A DNA stretch of 64,000 nt, from contig OZ116698.1 in the NCBI GenBank assembly GCA_964199315.1, positions 21,390,001 to 21,454,000 of the forward strand. Reading direction: 5' to 3'. Below, in pieces: positions 58,601 to 64,000 of this stretch (positions are counted from its first letter, which is position 1; each line of letters begins with the position of its first letter). The stretch is from Orbicella franksi. Taxonomy: Eukaryota. The notes below the pieces were generated by a model. It ran no database searches. It had not been told where the DNA came from and saw nothing but the letters and a program-made list of their open reading frames with translations. The translations under genes were made by a program, and so were the position numbers.

Positions 58601-61600
58601 TTTAATTTGTCATCTTTAGAATGAACAACCTGGCTTCTAAAATCCCCTGATATACCATATGAGTTTAAAGCATGGGAAGACGATGTCCCGTTTAAGCCTC
58701 TACTCTGGGGCCCAACGTTCGCCGATATTTGGTCTTCTAACCGCTGAATTTTCTCTTCAAGTTTTCTCGTTGTGTCTGTTTGTACTTGAAGTTTTTTCTC
58801 GCAAGCCTCTCTCATTTTTGTTACTTCTTCTACAGCTCTTGCTTTTTCGTTTTCGTAATTTCTTACCAAAGAAATCTTTTCCTGTCTGAAGGAATCTTCA
58901 ATATCTTGGATTTTGCGGGTGAAGCGTTCAGTTTCGTCTGTAAGCTTCCTGTTACGCCTCTCAACTTCGTCTAGAGTACGAGATAAGTGATCAACCTCGC
59001 GAGTTAGATTCCTTTGAGCAGCCAAAAGTTCATCTCGCTTTCGAGTCAGATGGGTGACCTCTTCGTCAAGATCGTCGTTTCTCCTCTTTAGCTCTTTGTT
59101 TCGCTTGGCTTCTTTTTTCAAATCCTCGAGTTTCTCCTGAAGGTCTACTATTTCACTTTGTAATTCCTTTTGCGTTATTGCCCGTTCGTTGTTATTTCTT
59201 GAAGGCACCTTCGTTTCATTTCGATTCGAAGAAGTCTCATTATTCTTTAAATTGTCAAAAACATCTTCGTTACGACCATTTCTGTTACCAGAGAGAATTT
59301 CATTCATCTTGTATAAAAGTTTCTTGTTTTCCATCTCTAGTGTTTCTCGCCGTCGAATTTCGTCGGTTAGCTGTTGCTGAAAATCACTGTTACCCCAACC
59401 AGGTGTTGTATTCACTTCCCTTTGACCGCCTGTAAAGCTGAAATTATTTTCCTGGTTGGAAAAGAGCCCACTTTTAAAAGCTTCAGCTTCTTGTCTGCGT
59501 TTAGTTTCCTCTATCAGCGACCTCTGCAATTTGCTTATTTGTGTGAGATATTCCTGGGTAATTTCGTTAGCTTGTCTTTCTATCATGGCCTTAATTTCCA
59601 TTCTTTCGCGAGTGAAATCCTCTTGCAATCTTTGGTTTCTTTCTTTAAGGTCCATGATATCGCTTAGCAAGTACTTCATATCACTGGCGAGTCTCAGCTT
59701 ACTTCTTCTCTCATCTTCGTACCTTTGACGAGCCATTTCAGTATCTTGGTATTCCACCTCTATCCCATGATATCGATCTCTGCCACTGGTTGATGAAGTT
59801 CTCAGCTCTTCTCTAAGTCTACCCCTCTCTTCTTCCAGCCGTTCTATTTTGGATTTTAAGTCTTTTTCTTGATTCTTTGCAAGCATTGTATTTGAAAGCT
59901 GAGTTTGTAGTCTCATTTCCATTCCTTGAATTTCGTCTGAATGTCTTTTCTTGAGGTTTGCAATCTCGTCGTCCTTCTCTTCGAGGATTCGTTCGTTGTC
60001 TTTTAAAGATCTCTCCAATTTCCGGGCTTTCTCTTTCAAACGAGACATCTCTGTTGTTGATTCCCTTCTTATCTCCTCTATCCTCTCTTGTTGATGCTTG
60101 TTTGTTCTTTTCATCTCTTTTATTGTTCCCTCTTGCCTCGCTCTTTCTCTTTTTAGCTCAATAAATTCATTTTCCCTCGCTAAACCAAGCTCGATATTTT
60201 TCAGACTTTCTTGGCTCTCGTTCTTCTTGCTCAAAACGTCAAGAATTGCTCTAAATTCTCTGTTTTCCTTCTCTAATACACGGATGTTTTTCCTATATTC
60301 TAGGATCTCTTCTCCGTCATCACCTTGGTCTAATGTCATACTACTTATGTCTAATGTGTGGGTCGTCATTCTTGACTTTGCCCAGTCATTCAGTTTGCTC
60401 TGCAACAACTCATTGTCCCTTCTTAGGGAGCGAATGGTTTCATCAAATCGATTAATACTGTCCAACATTCCTTGATATCTTTCTTCAAGATAAATCTTTT
60501 CGCCGTTTTCATTTCGATATTCTTTTTCAAACTCTTCCTTCTGCCTCTTCTCTGCTTCATATGCTTTTTCCAAACGTTCCTTCTCACGCTTTATTTGATC
60601 ACATTTAGACTTGTAGTACTCATAGTCAGCTGACATCTGGTTTGAATTTCTAAGAGTTTCTCTTGCACCGCCATGGATATCACAAACATAGTTGTAACCA
60701 CAGCCACGCACATCGCCGTATTCGTCCAGTGAAACCTCGCGTGAACTTGTGATGTACTCTATCAAGCTGCTGTAATCTTTTGCGATATCGCAGCAATGGT
60801 GGTGATCTTGAGGAATGGTTAATTGTTCTCTGTGTGAAATTAACTCTGTTTCTTTTTCATGGCGTAGCGCATCATAACGTGCTTCTAGGAACTCTTTGTC
60901 TTTCTCAAGTCTGCTAATCCTCTCCACAAATTGATCTATTAGTATGTCATGATGGCAGGTTACTTTTTGTGTTACGGGAGACCTGATTTCCTGTGTTTGT
61001 TTAGACGTATTTGTTTCATCTTCGGTATCCTTATCAACTTCTCCTGATTTCGGCAGGTCCTTCTTGCTCTCGATTTCTTTTCCTGGTTCTGTAATTGTTC
61101 CATTCGGTTCTCCAGTCGTTTTTGTAGTTACAGTGTTCCTATCATGTTTTTTGTCATTCTCCTGTAAAGAAGTATCTTGGATGACTTCACTGGAATCAAT
61201 GAGGCCTACTTCTTCTATGCTCCAGCTTTGGTCAGGGTCTTTCTCGTCTACAGTTCCAATGACTTCCACACTCCAGTTTTGTTCTGGTTCTTTTTCTCCT
61301 ATCTCTCCTATTTTCTCTATGGTCCAAGTAGATTCTGTTTTATTTGGCACACCTGAATCCTCTAGTTTCTTTTCCGCAGGCAGCTTCTCCTCTTGAATGT
61401 CATTTGAGTCTAGTGGCATTTCTTTGACTTCAATCTCTTCCATGGGCAGTTGTTGTTCTTCACTAGAATCAATAGTACCTACTTCTTCTGTACTCCAGCT
61501 TTGGTCAGGGCCTTCCTCGTCTACAGTTCCAATGACTTCCACACTCCAGTTTTGTTCAGGTTCTTGTTCCCCTATCTCTCCTATTTCCTCTGTGGTCCAA

Positions 61601-64000
61601 GAGTCTGCGATATTTGGCACATCTGAATCCTCTAATGTCTTTTCCGGAGGCAACTGCTCCTCTTGAATGTCATTTGTGTCTGATAGCATTTCTTTAATTT
61701 CAATCGCTTCTGTGGGCAGCTGTTGTTCTTCACTGCAATCAATAGTACCTACTTCTTCTATATTCCAGCTTTGCTGCTCCTGTGTATCTACCCCTTCCGC
61801 AAACCCATTCATCTGACTACTTTGCATATACCCTGGAATTTCCTGCATGGACATTTTTTGCATAGCCATTTCACCTCCCGTAGGCATTTCTTGGACAGTC
61901 GTTTCTCCTCCCATAGGCATTTCTTGCACAGTCGTTTCTTCTCCCATAGGCATTTCTTGCACAGTCATTTCTCCTCCCATAGGCATTTCTTGCACAGTCA
62001 TTTCTCCTCCCATAGGCATTTCTTGCACAGTCATTTCTCCTCCCATAGGCGTTTCTTGCACAATCATTTCTCCTCCCGTAGGCGTTTCTTGCATCGTCGT
62101 TTCTCCCAGAGGCATTTCTTGCATCGTCGTTACTCCTCCCACAGACATTTCTTGCACAGTCATTTCTCCTCCTACAGGCATTTCTTGCACAGTCATTTCT
62201 CCTCCCATAGGCGTTTCTTGCATCGTCATTTCTCCTCCCGTAGGCATTTCTTGCATCGTCTTTTCTCTTCCCATAGGCATTTCTTGCACAGTCATTTCTC
62301 CTCCCATAGGCATTTCTTGCACAGTCATTTCTCCTCCCATAGGCATTTCTTGCATCGTCATTTCTCCTCCCATAGGCATTTCTTGCACAGTCATTTCTCC
62401 TCCCATGGACATTTCTTGCACAGTCATTTCTCCTCCTACAGGCATTTCTTGCACAGTCATTTCTCCTCCCATAGGCGTTTCTTGCATCGTCATTTCTCCT
62501 CCCGTAGGCATTTCTTGCATCGTCTTTTCTCTTCCCATAGGCATTTCTTGCACAGTCATTTCTCCTCCCATAGGCATTTCTTGCACAGTCATTTCTCCTC
62601 CCATAGGCATTTCTTGCATCGTCATTTCTCCTCCCATAGGCATTTCTTGCACAGTCATTTCTCCTCCCATGGACATTTCTTGCACAGTCATTTCACCTCC
62701 CATAGGCATTTCTTGCATCGTCGTTTCACCTCCCAGAGGCATTTCTTGCATCGTCGTTTCACCTCCCATAGACATTTCTTGCACAGTCATTTCTCCTTCC
62801 ATAGGCAGTTCTTGCATCGTCGTTTCTCCTCCCATAGGCATTTCTTGCACAGTCATTTCTCCTCCCATAGGCATTTCTTGCATCGTCATTTCTCCTCCCG
62901 TAGACATTTCTTGCATCGTCATTTCTCCTCCCATAGGCATTTCTTGCACAGTCATTTCTCCTCCCATAGGCATTTCTTGCACAGTCATTTCTCCTCCCAT
63001 AGGCATTTCTTGCATCGTCATTTCTCCTCCCATAGGCATTTCTTGCACAGTCATTTCACCTCCCATAGGCATTTCTTGCATCGTCGTTTCACCTCCCAGA
63101 GGCATTTCTTGCATCGTCGTTTCACCTCCCATAGGCATTTCTTGCATCGTCATTCCTCCTCCCGTAGGCATTTCTTGCATCGTCGTTTCACCCCCCATAG
63201 GCATTTCTTGCATCGTCATTTCTCCTCCCATAGGCATTTCTTGCACAGTCATTTCTCCTTCCATAGGCGTTTCTTGCATCGTCATTTCTCCTCCCGTAGG
63301 CATTTCTTGCATCGTCGTTTCTCCTCCCATAGGCATTTCTTGCACAGTCATTTCTCCTCCCATAGGCATTTCTCTCACAGTCATTTCACCTCCCATAGGC
63401 ATTTCTTGCACAGTCATTTCCCCTCCCATAGGCATTTCTTGCACAGTCATTTCTCCTCCCATAGACATTTCTTGCACAGTCATTTCTCCTCCCATAGGCA
63501 TTTCTTGCATCGTCGTTTCACCTCCCATAGGCATTTCTTGCACAGTCATTTCTCCTTCCATAGGCAGTTCTTGCATCGTCGTTTCTCCTCCCATAGACAT
63601 TTTTTGCACAGTCATTTCACCTCCCATAGGCATTTCTTGCATCGTCGTTTCACCTCCCAGAGGCATTTCTTGCATCGTCGTTTCACCTCCCAGAGGCATT
63701 TCTTGCATCGTCATTTCTCCTCCCGTAGGCATTTCTTGCATCGTCGTTTCACCCCCGATAGGCATTTCTTGCATCGTCATTTCTCCTCCCATAGGCATTT
63801 CTTGCACAGTCATTTCTCCTTCCGTAGGCATTTCTTGCCCAGTCATTTCTCCTCCCATAGGCATTTCTTGCACAGTCATTTCTCCTCCCATAGGCATTTC
63901 TTGCACAGTCATTCCTCCTTCAACAGGCGTTTCTTGTATCGTCATTCCTCCTTCAATTGGCATTTCTTGCATAGTCATTCCTCCTTCAATTGGCATTTCT
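55674..64000 (-). CDS. Giant coiled-coil protein A with Met-rich repeat N-terminal region; 5'-truncated by the window (more than 2670 aa)
   Basis: Frame is open from the window edge to 56719 (2427 codons, donor TTG|GTGAGT). Next exon 56428-56628 (ASSEIS...TLQAKTERLERELRVMGDRL..., donor TGG|GTGAGG), then terminal exon 55674-56204 (SISRND...PQLT*). All junctions are phase 0. Confidence 0.85.
61195..61775 (-). repeat. About 2.2 copies of a 270/273-bp (90/91-aa) acidic coding repeat in gene A
   Basis: The anchor CCAGCT (Ser-Trp codons on the minus strand) recurs at 61765, 61495 and 61222, giving spacings of 270 and 273 bp. Confidence 0.9.
61861..64000 (-). repeat. Coding 33-bp minisatellite, about 65 units visible, consensus QEMPMGGEMTV
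   Basis: Unit CAAGAAATGCCTATGGGAGGAGAAATGACTGTG repeated in frame to the window edge, with one 30-bp unit (MPLGETT) and no stop or frameshift. Confidence 0.97.

Noticed and set aside
44458-61666. Numerous plus-strand Phe/Ser/Leu-rich ORFs (for example 50000-50596, 48579-49052, 60098-60475)
   Set aside because: Shadow ORFs on the antisense strand of purine-rich coiled-coil coding sequence.
61861-64000. 33-bp repeat as a CRISPR array
   Set aside because: Head-to-tail units with no unique spacers, in-frame coding, eukaryotic context and no cas genes.

Overview
Eukaryotic, intron-rich animal DNA. It is most likely a stony coral or other anthozoan; this is inferred from the repeat families and the complement factor B-like gene and is not proven. 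All gene models were built by hand from splice signals and reading phase. From left to right the window holds: (1) a classical dynamin gene, minus strand, 22 exons traced (358-17684), last exon unresolved; (2) two divergently oriented genes for small alpha-helical proteins (about 19.2-19.9 kb minus; about 24.7-27.6 kb plus) that are distant paralogues of each other and match no family I recognise; (3) a complete 10-exon complement factor B/C2-like gene, minus strand (29963-38803, 799 aa: signal peptide-EGF-EGF-CCPx3-vWA-trypsin) with a canonical R-IVGG activation site; (4) a tandem pair of giant coiled-coil genes, minus strand (gene B 42287-50620, about 2139 aa; gene A 55674 to beyond 64000, more than 2670 aa, 5' end outside the window). 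The pair share exon layout, C-terminal homology and a Trp-containing N-terminal motif. Gene A carries at least about 65 copies of a 33-bp, 11-aa Met-rich acidic repeat. Introns and intergenic DNA contain tRNA-derived SINEs, an RTE LINE fragment, many fold-back or MITE-like elements, microsatellites, one 176-N assembly gap and two minimal hammerhead-ribozyme motifs of the Penelope type. I found no rRNA, true tRNA or CRISPR array.
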